Below, piece after piece: positions 54,971 through 64,000 of a stretch of DNA of 64,000 nt. The stretch spans positions 32,001-96,000 of the forward strand of contig JAOPTX010000037.1 of assembly GCA_051532055.1 (NCBI GenBank), in the 5' to 3' direction. Every line of letters begins with the position of its first letter. Within the stretch, counting starts at the first letter, position 1. The notes beneath the pieces were generated by a model. The model did no database searches. It had not been told where the DNA came from and saw nothing but the letters and a program-made list of their open reading frames with translations. This DNA comes from Fibrobacterales bacterium (GTDB taxonomy: Bacteria; Fibrobacterota; Fibrobacteria; Fibrobacterales; JAOPTW01). The position numbers were made by a program, and so were the translations under genes.

Positions 54971-56347
54971 ATGAAAGTACTGTATATCACACTCGTAATA
55001 CTCCTCGCATCATGCATCAATGGAACTGATACGGCAAATGATTCGACGGACACTACATCAGATGAGACGGCACTGCTCTCTGGAACCACAGAGCTTGTCT
55101 ATAGCGTCCCTACAGACGGTATACCGTTTACCATTGATAGCATATCGGTCATATTCTACAGAGGCCAAAGTATCACTCCATTTCAAAGCCCTGCACCAGC
55201 ACTCAATACTGAGTTTTTAGAATATACAACACCACTCAATATTGGTGATACTGTAACGGTCTCTGCCGCTGTCTATAGAAATGACACACTCATTGCTGAT
55301 GCCCTTGACTCTATTATTATTACCGAATTAACGCTCAGTTATACGGGTGCAGTCTTAAATCACCTCCCTATTGTATCTGCCGGTGCAGACCGATCGGTCT
55401 ATGTAAATAATAAAGTGGTTTTTAATACCGCTGATGTGGTGGAAATTGATGATACCGAATTAAACCTCTGGTGGAAATCTGCATCAGATAGTGTGTTTTC
55501 ACTGAGTTTTTTGGATAAGTATTATACAACTGCCAGTACCGATACTATTATCTTAAAAGCGGTTGATGGGTATGGGCATGCAGTATATGACACGCTATTG
55601 GTAATCATTAATGATTATGACATTGGTGACCTTTCATCAAGTAGTGCTGTTCCGACGGATGTAGTTAGTTCGAGTACAACGCTTTCGTCGAGCTCAGTTA
55701 TGAGTTCTTCTGCGACAATCTCATCATCTGTTCAGGTGCTTTCATCGAGCTTGGTATCTTCTTCTACCGTAATGAGTTCATCGGAGGCTGTTGTTGTCAG
55801 TTCGAGTGTAGCTGTTGTTTCATCGAGTAGCACAGTAGTAAATTCTAGTTCTGTTGGTCCGGTGCTCTATGAATTGACGGTTGATGGTGGTACTGGGTCT
55901 GGCTTTTATGAGGCGGGAACGGTGGTTGATATTGTGGCGAATGCGAATGATACGGGGATGTGTTTTTATGAGTGGCTGGGCCATGAAGTTGCGGATGAAA
56001 CAATCTCTACAACTACTTTAGTTATGCCTGCTTCGAATATTATTATTCTAAATGAGTTATTTAATTGCTGGGAATTAACAATTTTATATAATGATTCTCA
56101 GTATACTGACACAACTGTAACGCTATCATGGGGAGTTGAATATTATGTATATTGGGAACCACCTATGGATCCTAGGCTCGGCTGGACATGCATAGCTGAT
56201 TGGTCACATCCTCATAATGGAGAATCCGAAAGTGTTTATAGCCCAAATTTAAACACAGATTCTTTATTTATTCAAACGCCCTTACTCTCAAGTACATACC
56301 ATCACGGCAAAGATACCATCACTAAAGTTGGTGAAAGCTGTAAGTAA
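54971..56347 (+). CDS. Ser-rich surface lipoprotein, tandem paralog of 53485-54852
   Basis: Lipobox LASC; same domain order and shared motifs (PFTIDSIS, NHLP..AGADRS.Y, WWKS, DGYGH, GSG.Y.AG). Confidence 0.75.
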   Translation: MKVLYITLVILLASCINGTDTANDSTDTTSDETALLSGTTELVYSVPTDGIPFTIDSISVIFYRGQSITPFQSPAPALNTEFLEYTTPLNIGDTVTVSAAVYRNDTLIADALDSIIITELTLSYTGAVLNHLPIVSAGADRSVYVNNKVVFNTADVVEIDDTELNLWWKSASDSVFSLSFLDKYYTTASTDTIILKAVDGYGHAVYDTLLVIINDYDIGDLSSSSAVPTDVVSSSTTLSSSSVMSSSATISSSVQVLSSSLVSSSTVMSSSEAVVVSSSVAVVSSSSTVVNSSSVGPVLYELTVDGGTGSGFYEAGTVVDIVANANDTGMCFYEWLGHEVADETISTTTLVMPASNIIILNELFNCWELTILYNDSQYTDTTVTLSWGVEYYVYWEPPMDPRLGWTCIADWSHPHNGESESVYSPNLNTDSLFIQTPLLSSTYHHGKDTITKVGESCK

Positions 56348-56522
56348 CAATAAAACAACAGTAACATTAAATCTACAGTTCCCTATTTATCTTTATAGGC
56401 CAAAAGTAAACTTTAACTACTGGCCTATGAAAATACTTGCAAGGTCGCAGATGTTGCTGGAAGGGGCGCTGCACTTATTTTTTTCTTTCTTCTTATTCCT
56501 ATACTTTTTCTTTATATATAGT

Positions 56523-56663
56523 TCCCGGGCGTCGGCCCTGGAGACGACCAGATCTTTTGGGTGCCCAAAAGACTGGACCTCTAAATGCGAGAGCATTTAG
56601 CATTTGCCAAAGGCAAACCCGAAGGGTGAGGAAGCAATGTTTACTGACGAATAAAAGGCACTC
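56523..56663. repeat. Cluster of five abutting hairpins, probable nested palindromic (REP/MITE-like) elements
   Basis: TCCCGGGC/GCCCTGGA; CCAG-A-TCTTTTGGG/CCCAAAAGA-CTGG; CTAAATGC-GAGA-GCATTTAG; TTTGCC/GGCAAA; ACCC/GGGT. Confidence 0.55.
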
Positions 56664-57106
56664 TGCTGAGAGCTTTATTACAAATGCTTTGTACATCTAG
56701 ACCAGGTTACACTGCTCTGTAGCTATTGGTATTTCATTGGTTTCTTCATTTCTGAGCATAATAAATCATCGTGCCCATGGTTACGTTTTAACCTTTCAAT
56801 TGTGTATGGGACAATCTGTACTACATAGTATTTTGATGCTATGCAAGGCCGCGGTTGTAATGTGAAATGTGCTTCGCACATGGGTAAACAATGTTCTGAC
56901 GCAGAACTTTCTAAAGAATTCTGCGCCCGAACAATAGGGCTTTTGAAAGAGTCCTGATTGCTCCATATGCACTGTTGTTTATCTTTTGTATATTGAATTA
57001 CAGTCAGGTAATCGAAATTGACAGGTAATCATTTTTTACACCAGCGTATTACGCTACAATTCCTTAGAATTTTCGATTATCTACCTCTAAATTACGATTC
57101 ACACAC

Positions 57107-57829
57107 CAATACAACCTTACCACGACTACTGAATCGTCTACCACTGCACTCCAATAAGTTACCACGCCACTCGAATTGTCTACCACGCCTAAACAGTTTC
57201 CCAAATACCTAAAGGACACTTCCATTATTGCTCTCGAGTAAGTTACCACGCCTCTCGAATAAGTTACCACGCCACTCGAATAAGTTACCACGCCACTCGA
57301 ATTGTCTACCACCCCTAAACAGTTTCCCAAATATCTAAAGGAACCGAGAACCACGACCTCCGAGTCATGATTCTATACCATTGAAAAATTCTAGCACGCA
57401 CTATTATTTTTTGATTCACGCCCACTAAATCGGCTACCACACGTGTTGAATCGCTACCAGTCTATACGAATCAAGATTCTATACCCCCATGCTCGGTCAC
57501 AATGCGCAAATAATGTTCTACCACGAGTGAAGTGTTACCCTCCATTGCAGAATGCTTACCCCACACGCCACCAGACAAACCTTACACGCCAAAAATGTTT
57601 TTGATTCTTTAGGGGGGAATATCACTCTCTACCTCCCAATTGAGATTCTCACTACTTATGCCCGGCCATACTGCGCAAACAAAGGTCTACCACGAGTAAA
57701 GTTCTACCCAACATTACTGAATGGTTAGCCCACACGCCATTAGACAACCTTACCACGCGAGAAACCTTATGGATTCACTGGAATAGTAAATGCCTACGCC
57801 ATACCAGTTGAGCTTCACGCCACTTATGC
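57107..57829. repeat. 21-bp-period degenerate tandem array with 126-bp and 168/169-bp higher-order duplications
   Basis: Unit CTCGAATAAGTTACCACGCCA; core YTACCAC at 57117, 57138, 57159, 57180, 57243, 57264, 57285, 57306. Confidence 0.9.
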
Positions 57830-58061
57830 TTTGCTACATGCCTCAAATGCTTGCCATTTGGTCTAGCTGGAAAGGAAGTTCATTATTGCAAAAAGGAAAT
57901 CGTTCTTTAATGATACGCTATAGCCCATAGGTAACCACCCGATGCTTACTAAAAGCAAGCAACAACATTATCCTAACGACTGTAAACTTTACGTTACACC
58001 TCCAACCAGCCCAACACATTTAGTATCTTAGTCTTTTTGTTTACCTCTCATTTGAGCACCT

Positions 58062-61000
58062 ATGCTAAACCACAATTCAGATAACAAACTAGACCATAGA
58101 ATATTCAACAAAGGCGCCTTTGCCGACTCCAATTCACCAATGCGCACAAGTGCTCCTTCAGGTGGAGGTGGTGGCTTTGGCGGATCTAGCGGCTCTAACA
58201 ATTCCAGTGCCAGTAGCTCAAATCGTGCTTCTCAATCAGAGAGTCCCGACTCCGAGTCTGAAGAGAGCCCTGCACAGCCTCAAGAGGAGGAAGAGGAAGC
58301 GATTCAAGAACAATTGGTTACGTTAAGTAATCTTCAATTTATAGAACCTGAAACTGCGACCATGGATGGTGAAGTTGACTATGCTTTTGATATAGAATAC
58401 CTCACCGATATGAAGCCCCCAAATTATACCATTGCAGGTACCTCGACCTATAAAGGGAATGAGACCGCCCTTCCGAATCCATCACTCTCTATTTCTGGTA
58501 ATTCAGGTAAGGGCACCTTTAAACTCCCTATCAATAATGATCACTATATGGATCCCGAAAAAACTCCTGATGATAAAGTGACCTATACCTATAGTGTTAC
58601 CTGTGATAAAGATAGCACCAGTGCCCAATGTGACACTCCTCTAGAACTTTCTTCACCAGAACTTGCAATCACTTTAATTGAAGTACTTGACACCTGTTTT
58701 TCTAACACAAGTCCTATCCCTGTTCTTGATAGTGACGGCATGCTCCTTAAAGCCATTGCTCAGTGTTACGCACATTTAGAAGAGTGGCCCGACAAGATAA
58801 TTACCGTCTATGGACATTGTAAAAGCGACACCGCTGAACCCTATCCATTATCAGAAAAAAGGGCTACTGCGATTAAAGCCCTCATAGCAAACGATTCAAG
58901 CCTATGGGGTTCACTCTATAGTGACGTGCAGGTCGAAGACTATCAACAGCTTTTGACCGGACTCGCCGATCTTTTTTGGTGGCCCTGTGACCCTTTGGGA
59001 GTTGACAACACCCTAGGAGATAATACTCAATTTGCCATTAAAGGATTTCAGCAACAGTATTCCGAGCACTATAAACCCATCAAAGTAAGTGGCTCTATGA
59101 ATACCGAGACTTGGGGCGCCTTCTGCACTGTTCTCTACACTATAGCACATACCTCATCTAAAAGCACCAAAGCTAAACCTCGTTTTTATGATACTGTTAA
59201 GGGCGTCTTCCCCTGTGGGTCTAACATCCCTATAGCAGATACGGGACAAACAGGTTTTACATCTACGACGGATGCCCGTCTTGAACTTCAGCTCCATGAA
59301 TCACCCGTACCACCAACACTCCCCGCACCGAGTGATGCTATTACTGCTGCAGAGATCCCCTCCTATAATCCAGGCATTTGCGAGATGACTTTTCTTGATG
59401 CGTCTACTATAGAGCTGATTAAAGAGAGTGATGCACTCCCCTTTATTTGCGCCTACCTCCCTTGTGAAGGTTCTGATGCAGGAAATTTTATCATTATCCC
59501 AGAAGAAGATGCCGATCAATTTTTTAAAGATGCCGATGATTTTGAAATACCACTGATTGAAATAAATAAAGAACGAACAGAGCTCTTAGCTCAAGAAGAA
59601 CCAGACCGAGAAAAACTTGAAGAGAACAAGAAAAAATTTACTGAACACCTAAAGATTAGTGCTAAACCTAAATTCGAAGAGCTCATTGTTATGAACCGCT
59701 TTAAGAAATTAGACAGCAAATACTATGGTAAACGTCAAATTAAATCTGATAAGATGAAAACCCATTGGAGACGCTTTAGCAGCAAACAAATTGAAAAGGA
59801 ATTTGATACAGAGGTTAAGAAGATTCAGGGCGCTAAACCCAAAAAGATGAACGATTATGTGCAAGCAAAGGTAAAAAGCAACTGGTGGGCTCTTAAAAAC
59901 GACAAGGGGCAGCCATACGAAGCCGTCTGGAAGGTGGGAGCAGACACTTTTGGCAAAGATAACGAACACTTTGATGCAGGCTATGAATATGCGGTTATGA
60001 GAGCTGCGGTTACCGCAGAAGTCGGTGCAGAGTTTGACCCTAAAGAGATGAAGCTCTCCGTATCAGCCAAAGGAGAGGCTACTGCATCTCTCATAGAAGG
60101 CAAGGTATATTTTAATGTCTCATTTCCGGATGAAAAGGGTTTCAACCTCATAGACACCCTCCATAAAGCACTTGATGACTCATATAAAGAAAAGGGTACC
60201 TATGACCCAGATAAGAGCAAGAATTTTGTTAAACGCGATGAGACCCTTTACCTTCTTATAAAACTGGAAGCAAGTCTCTATGGGTTTGTAGGTGCAAATG
60301 CAGCAATCTCACTCCCTGATGTGAATTTAAATTTTGCCAACGTGACGTCGACCGATGATAAGCCCAAAGGGCGTCTTGCATCAGGAGACGCACCCAAAGC
60401 ATGTGCAACCGTTGGCGTTGAAGCCTTTGCTGGCGCCCAGGGTACTATTGATTTTACTACACAACTTAATTGGAGTAAGACATTAGGCGGAACATTTAAG
60501 AATATTTGTAAGGCCGGTGGTGCACTTACCGGTCGTGCCGGAATTGGTGTACAGGCCTTTGCAAAGTTTAGTTATGAAAACGGTAAGATCGTTTTTACTG
60601 CCAAAGCAAACCTGGTTGTTGGACTTGGTGGTGGCGGTGCTCTTATATATGAGCTTAATTTTAATGAAGGCATTAAAATGATCTCACATCTCATGAGATG
60701 TTTTAATTACCATAATGCTTTTGAAATTGCTGATGACTTGTTTGAATTGTATCTTAAAGCCATATTTATCCAAGTATATGGTTTAGCTAAAGGTGTTGAG
60801 TTAGTGGTCGATACAGTAGAAGAATGGTTTGATGACCTTTTTGATAGTGACTTAAATGAACGAATTCAAAAACTTACTACAACCCCAATCATTCTGCACC
60901 AAGCACCTCCTGAAATACTGGGTCCCATTATTGGTGAAATTATCAACAGAAAAGCCCATAGTAGTCAAGATTATGAAAATATTTTATCTATGCTAGAACA

Positions 61001-61229
61001 ATCTAAAGCCGGTTTAATCCCTGGTACAAAGAACCACGAACTTGGTTGGATTATAAGATATTCTTGTATAAAGGATGGATTTTGGAAGGATACAACTGCC
61101 GATATAATTAAAAAGGATGACGCTTCTAGAATCAAATATCTACAAGAAGGTAACAATAATATTAAAATGTATTTTTCCCACTCATCAGTGACCACAACAC
61201 AGAAAACCAGACTTGAGGCATTATTATGA
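58062..61229 (+). CDS. Putative polymorphic toxin/effector: low-complexity N-terminus, degenerate OmpA-like and PG-binding domains, Gly/Ala-rich membrane-active C-terminal region
   Basis: No signal peptide; TVYGH...LSEKRA.AI; GVDN.LG.NT..AI..FQ..Y...VSG....TW; GVEAFAGAQG, GRAGIG, LVVGLGGGG. Confidence 0.55.
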   Translation: MLNHNSDNKLDHRIFNKGAFADSNSPMRTSAPSGGGGGFGGSSGSNNSSASSSNRASQSESPDSESEESPAQPQEEEEEAIQEQLVTLSNLQFIEPETATMDGEVDYAFDIEYLTDMKPPNYTIAGTSTYKGNETALPNPSLSISGNSGKGTFKLPINNDHYMDPEKTPDDKVTYTYSVTCDKDSTSAQCDTPLELSSPELAITLIEVLDTCFSNTSPIPVLDSDGMLLKAIAQCYAHLEEWPDKIITVYGHCKSDTAEPYPLSEKRATAIKALIANDSSLWGSLYSDVQVEDYQQLLTGLADLFWWPCDPLGVDNTLGDNTQFAIKGFQQQYSEHYKPIKVSGSMNTETWGAFCTVLYTIAHTSSKSTKAKPRFYDTVKGVFPCGSNIPIADTGQTGFTSTTDARLELQLHESPVPPTLPAPSDAITAAEIPSYNPGICEMTFLDASTIELIKESDALPFICAYLPCEGSDAGNFIIIPEEDADQFFKDADDFEIPLIEINKERTELLAQEEPDREKLEENKKKFTEHLKISAKPKFEELIVMNRFKKLDSKYYGKRQIKSDKMKTHWRRFSSKQIEKEFDTEVKKIQGAKPKKMNDYVQAKVKSNWWALKNDKGQPYEAVWKVGADTFGKDNEHFDAGYEYAVMRAAVTAEVGAEFDPKEMKLSVSAKGEATASLIEGKVYFNVSFPDEKGFNLIDTLHKALDDSYKEKGTYDPDKSKNFVKRDETLYLLIKLEASLYGFVGANAAISLPDVNLNFANVTSTDDKPKGRLASGDAPKACATVGVEAFAGAQGTIDFTTQLNWSKTLGGTFKNICKAGGALTGRAGIGVQAFAKFSYENGKIVFTAKANLVVGLGGGGALIYELNFNEGIKMISHLMRCFNYHNAFEIADDLFELYLKAIFIQVYGLAKGVELVVDTVEEWFDDLFDSDLNERIQKLTTTPIILHQAPPEILGPIIGEIINRKAHSSQDYENILSMLEQSKAGLIPGTKNHELGWIIRYSCIKDGFWKDTTADIIKKDDASRIKYLQEGNNNIKMYFSHSSVTTTQKTRLEALL

Positions 61230-61891
61230 ATCTAATCATTTTCATTCTATTCATTTCATTTACATTTTTATCAGCCAAAACTGATACAACATTTTTTTCA
61301 AATGGCAAAATTGAAAGTATCATTCATTTTGATCAAAATAATCAAGAAAATGGAACATCTTTGTTTTGGAATGCACACGGAACCCTCATCCATAAACGAG
61401 AGCTCAAAAATGGAAAGACGAATGGAGTATTTGCAAATTACTATGACACAGGAAAGACAAGCCGTGAAGAACACTATACAATGGGAAAACTAGATGGCTG
61501 GTCAATATCATGGGATGAGCAAAGCCATACTAAAGACAGCACTCTTTATATAGATGGAAACAGAGTAGAAGAGTTTCTTTTCTACCCTTCTACAAAACAA
61601 ATCAATTCACACACACTCTTTGTACACAAGAATTCTTATTCGTATATAACTATGCAAGACCGATTTCTTAAAAGTGGAGAAATACTGAGCCAAATTCGCA
61701 GTGGTAATGGTATTGAAAAATATAAACGTAACAATGAAACAAAACTCAGAAATGTAAAGCTCTTTAAAGGTGGAAAAAAAGAAGGAAAATCAATACGAGA
61801 CAAATCTCATCCTCTATTTAACCTAAATCCACTCCCCAAGAAAGATATCCTTCCGTGGGATATAGAGAAGTATGGGCATTTAAAAAATTAA
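61226..61891 (+). CDS. MORN-variant (YwqK-like) repeat protein with signal peptide, putative immunity protein
   Basis: ATGA overlap with the upstream stop; repeats F.NG.I, NG...FW...G, KNGK.NG...YY.TG, GKLDG...W... Confidence 0.7.
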   Translation: MNLIIFILFISFTFLSAKTDTTFFSNGKIESIIHFDQNNQENGTSLFWNAHGTLIHKRELKNGKTNGVFANYYDTGKTSREEHYTMGKLDGWSISWDEQSHTKDSTLYIDGNRVEEFLFYPSTKQINSHTLFVHKNSYSYITMQDRFLKSGEILSQIRSGNGIEKYKRNNETKLRNVKLFKGGKKEGKSIRDKSHPLFNLNPLPKKDILPWDIEKYGHLKN

Positions 61892-62036
61892 ATCCATCAT
61901 ACAACTTGAGGACACAACTGGTACAGCCGTAATATCTATACAGCACAAGCTCTACAAACAAAAAAGCTCACCCTAAGGGCAAGCTTCAAACTACAATACA
62001 ATCGTTCCTACTTCAGATCCACCTCCTCTGTGTGCA

Positions 62037-63233
62037 CTACTCACATCGCACCCCATTCCAACTCTTATCACCACACCAACCATCATGCTCCCAATCATCT
62101 TCACCACTCCATTTATAGTAGCGAAAATAGTGGTACTCAGTCTGAACCTTTATCCCCGTGAGGTAATCATCATCAGGACTTCCACTTAAGCTTTCATGAC
62201 CCATCCAAAAGTTAAAAATGGCATAGAGTGGTTCTGTAGGAATAAGGTGTGCCTCAGTCACTCTGCGCACTTCAATGTCATTGATAATCCATGCCACATA
62301 CTCTGAAGTCCACTCAATAACAAAATCATTATCCTCTTGATGATTAATGGGTGAAATGTCATGTGAGTCTAATTCACTATTAAAGGCGATATCAGACCAG
62401 AGTGCTGCTCCCCCATCTTTATCTATGAGGAGATTGGTTGTTGATTGACCAGGCACTGTAGACATGAGTTCAATATCAATCTCTAACCACTGCTCATCAC
62501 GAGGAACATTAAAGAGAAAAAAGGTAGAGAGGTAGTGTTCTGCATCCGGCGCTTTGATGGTTGTTTCAAAACGGCCATATTTATACATCTTGAGTGAACG
62601 AAGCTCCCCTGAGGACCAGTACTTAGAACCATCTTGCCCTGGTATCGGTGATTCTCCATTCGGCGCCGCAAGTCTTCGTTGGCCCCAACAGGTGCGATCA
62701 GGCACATACTCTTTAGTCATAATAAGTTTGAGTACGCCGTCTGACACATCCACACCACTGGGCTGAAACATTGTTTTATTATCATCCCAACTGCCATCAC
62801 TGATTTCCCAATAGTCAAGATCGAGATTATCAAATTCATCTTCATAGACAAGGGTAAACTCACCTTTCACGACCGGTTCAGTACTTGATGATTCTTGTAC
62901 CGATGACGAAGACTCTGAAGATGAAACTTCAGATGAGAGTATTGATGAACTTTCACCCCTTGATTGTTCACTACTTGAGCTTTCACTCCTTGAACTACTG
63001 AAGTCACTACTCATTGCACTACTCTCTGATGATGATTCCTCGTTCGATGAGGATTCAATATTCGATAAGGGCCCCTCATCATCTTCAGAGGAAGAAATTA
63101 CATGACGCCCATCTGATGACTCATCAGGTAACACTGCAGATTCAACGGTATTTGGGTCAATGCTAAAACAGCCGTTGACTGCTAAGAGCAAAGAGAGACA
63201 GAGAAATAAGGGGATTAAGTTTTTGATTACCAT
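62037..63233 (-). CDS. GH16 beta-glucanase lipoprotein (lichenase-type) with Ser-rich linker
   Basis: CAGGAG SD before ATG 63233; lipobox VNGC; SGELRS...YKYGRFE..IK, STFFL, catalytic EIDIE, IEWT..YVAW, FNFW. Confidence 0.9.
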   Translation of the reverse strand: MVIKNLIPLFLCLSLLLAVNGCFSIDPNTVESAVLPDESSDGRHVISSSEDDEGPLSNIESSSNEESSSESSAMSSDFSSSRSESSSSEQSRGESSSILSSEVSSSESSSSVQESSSTEPVVKGEFTLVYEDEFDNLDLDYWEISDGSWDDNKTMFQPSGVDVSDGVLKLIMTKEYVPDRTCWGQRRLAAPNGESPIPGQDGSKYWSSGELRSLKMYKYGRFETTIKAPDAEHYLSTFFLFNVPRDEQWLEIDIELMSTVPGQSTTNLLIDKDGGAALWSDIAFNSELDSHDISPINHQEDNDFVIEWTSEYVAWIINDIEVRRVTEAHLIPTEPLYAIFNFWMGHESLSGSPDDDYLTGIKVQTEYHYFRYYKWSGEDDWEHDGWCGDKSWNGVRCE

Positions 63234-63519
63234 AGGTATGTTCTCCTGTGTAAACCTCATGTGATATTGCGTCATCGCACGAGGTTATGATTGTGTTAGT
63301 GTGCCTGTTCTTATTAAAAAGATATATTCTCACAAACTTTGAGGGGAAGCAAGTTATTACTTGAAGTAACAACAGCCCACGAGGCCTCATAAACACTAGA
63401 CTGAAACGTATTTCTTTCTTTTAGTAAAATAAAGAACGTAGTGATTGCACCTTTTTTAACCTATGTATTATACAGAGCAACACACCACTGCCGTATCTTC
63501 CTTTTATAAGAGTGCCACT

Positions 63520-64000
63520 ATGAAAATAATACACTACACACTTACCGCCCTCTCCTGCCTGTCTTTGCTCCACTGCACCGAACCAGGAGACCCGTATCAA
63601 CTTGAACCTATTGATCAAAAATTATTAATGACACAAGACAGCATTGTGCCTATGCCTATGAATGTGAACCACTATTATATTCCTGAAGGATGGGTTGGTG
63701 ATGTCTATAGTGTTAATGTTTCCATTGATTCATTGCGCACCTTAGAAGAGAGTGACCTCCATTCTGCTTCATTATTAAAAGGTGAATGCGTAAGCGACTC
63801 TCACTACACAGAAAGCGAACAATCAAAAAGCTGCTATACCATTGAATACAATCAGGCGATTGAAGAAGAGGAAGATCGTTACTTTGGTATGCACTGGCTT
63901 GATCGTTTTAACTGGGGCGAAAACTCAACGCGCTTTTATGTTTCAAAACGAGCTCAAAAAGTAACTGCATGGATACGCGCCTATGAACCCGATGAAACGG
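63520..64000 (+). CDS. Lipoprotein with carbohydrate-binding-like domain (3' truncated)
   Basis: My translation: MKIIHYTLTALSCLSLLHC (lipobox)...NHYYIPEGWVGD...CYTIEY...FGMHW...NWG...KVTAWIR; frame open to the window end. Confidence 0.65.
   Translation, partial: MKIIHYTLTALSCLSLLHCTEPGDPYQLEPIDQKLLMTQDSIVPMPMNVNHYYIPEGWVGDVYSVNVSIDSLRTLEESDLHSASLLKGECVSDSHYTESEQSKSCYTIEYNQAIEEEEDRYFGMHWLDRFNWGENSTRFYVSKRAQKVTAWIRAYEPDET

Noticed and set aside
53485..56347. Diversity-generating retroelement target/template pair
   Set aside because: No reverse transcriptase and no near-identical repeat differing only at adenines
56609..56660. c-di-GMP-I riboswitch (GGCAAACC...GCAA)
   Set aside because: No proper P2 stem with a GNRA loop or GGGACGCAAAG, and no gene close downstream; better explained as a palindromic repeat block
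56328..57354. Short ORFs in the large intergenic region
   Set aside because: They translate hairpins, T-rich tracts or the repeat array; no SD or family signal
57107..57829. CRISPR array
   Set aside because: Units are contiguous 21-mers with no unique spacers, no palindromic 28-37-bp repeat and no cas genes

Overview
AT-rich bacterial chromosomal segment. The organism is most likely Fibrobacterota (FCB group); this is inferred from Ser-rich lipoproteins, GH9/GH16 enzymes, Fibrobacter-style C-terminal domains and an LbtU-like porin. Housekeeping blocks are aspS end, phoH, 7TM-HD phosphodiesterase, tRNA-Val/Asp/Asp, glgB, murU-amgK, prfC, L31, pepA-guaA-hflX-aroE and an aroK-aroB fusion. They alternate with large secreted or surface proteins (vWA protein, GLUG-repeat protein, GH9, two pairs of paralogous Ser-rich lipoproteins, GH16). 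The window also holds a porin-MCP-MCP-cheW chemosensory operon in which one receptor has two periplasmic CZB domains, and a redox cluster (hemerythrin, TM1266-like, Crp/Fnr with a perfect FNR box, 4Fe-4S protein). The most unusual parts are a candidate structured ncRNA at about 53.2 kb and a 1.7-kb non-coding region (56.35-58.06 kb) with nested hairpin elements and a 21-bp-phased repeat array. That region lies directly upstream of a putative polymorphic toxin and MORN-repeat immunity pair. No rRNA, CRISPR array, integrase or transposase was seen. All family calls come from motif recognition by eye; no database searches were run.
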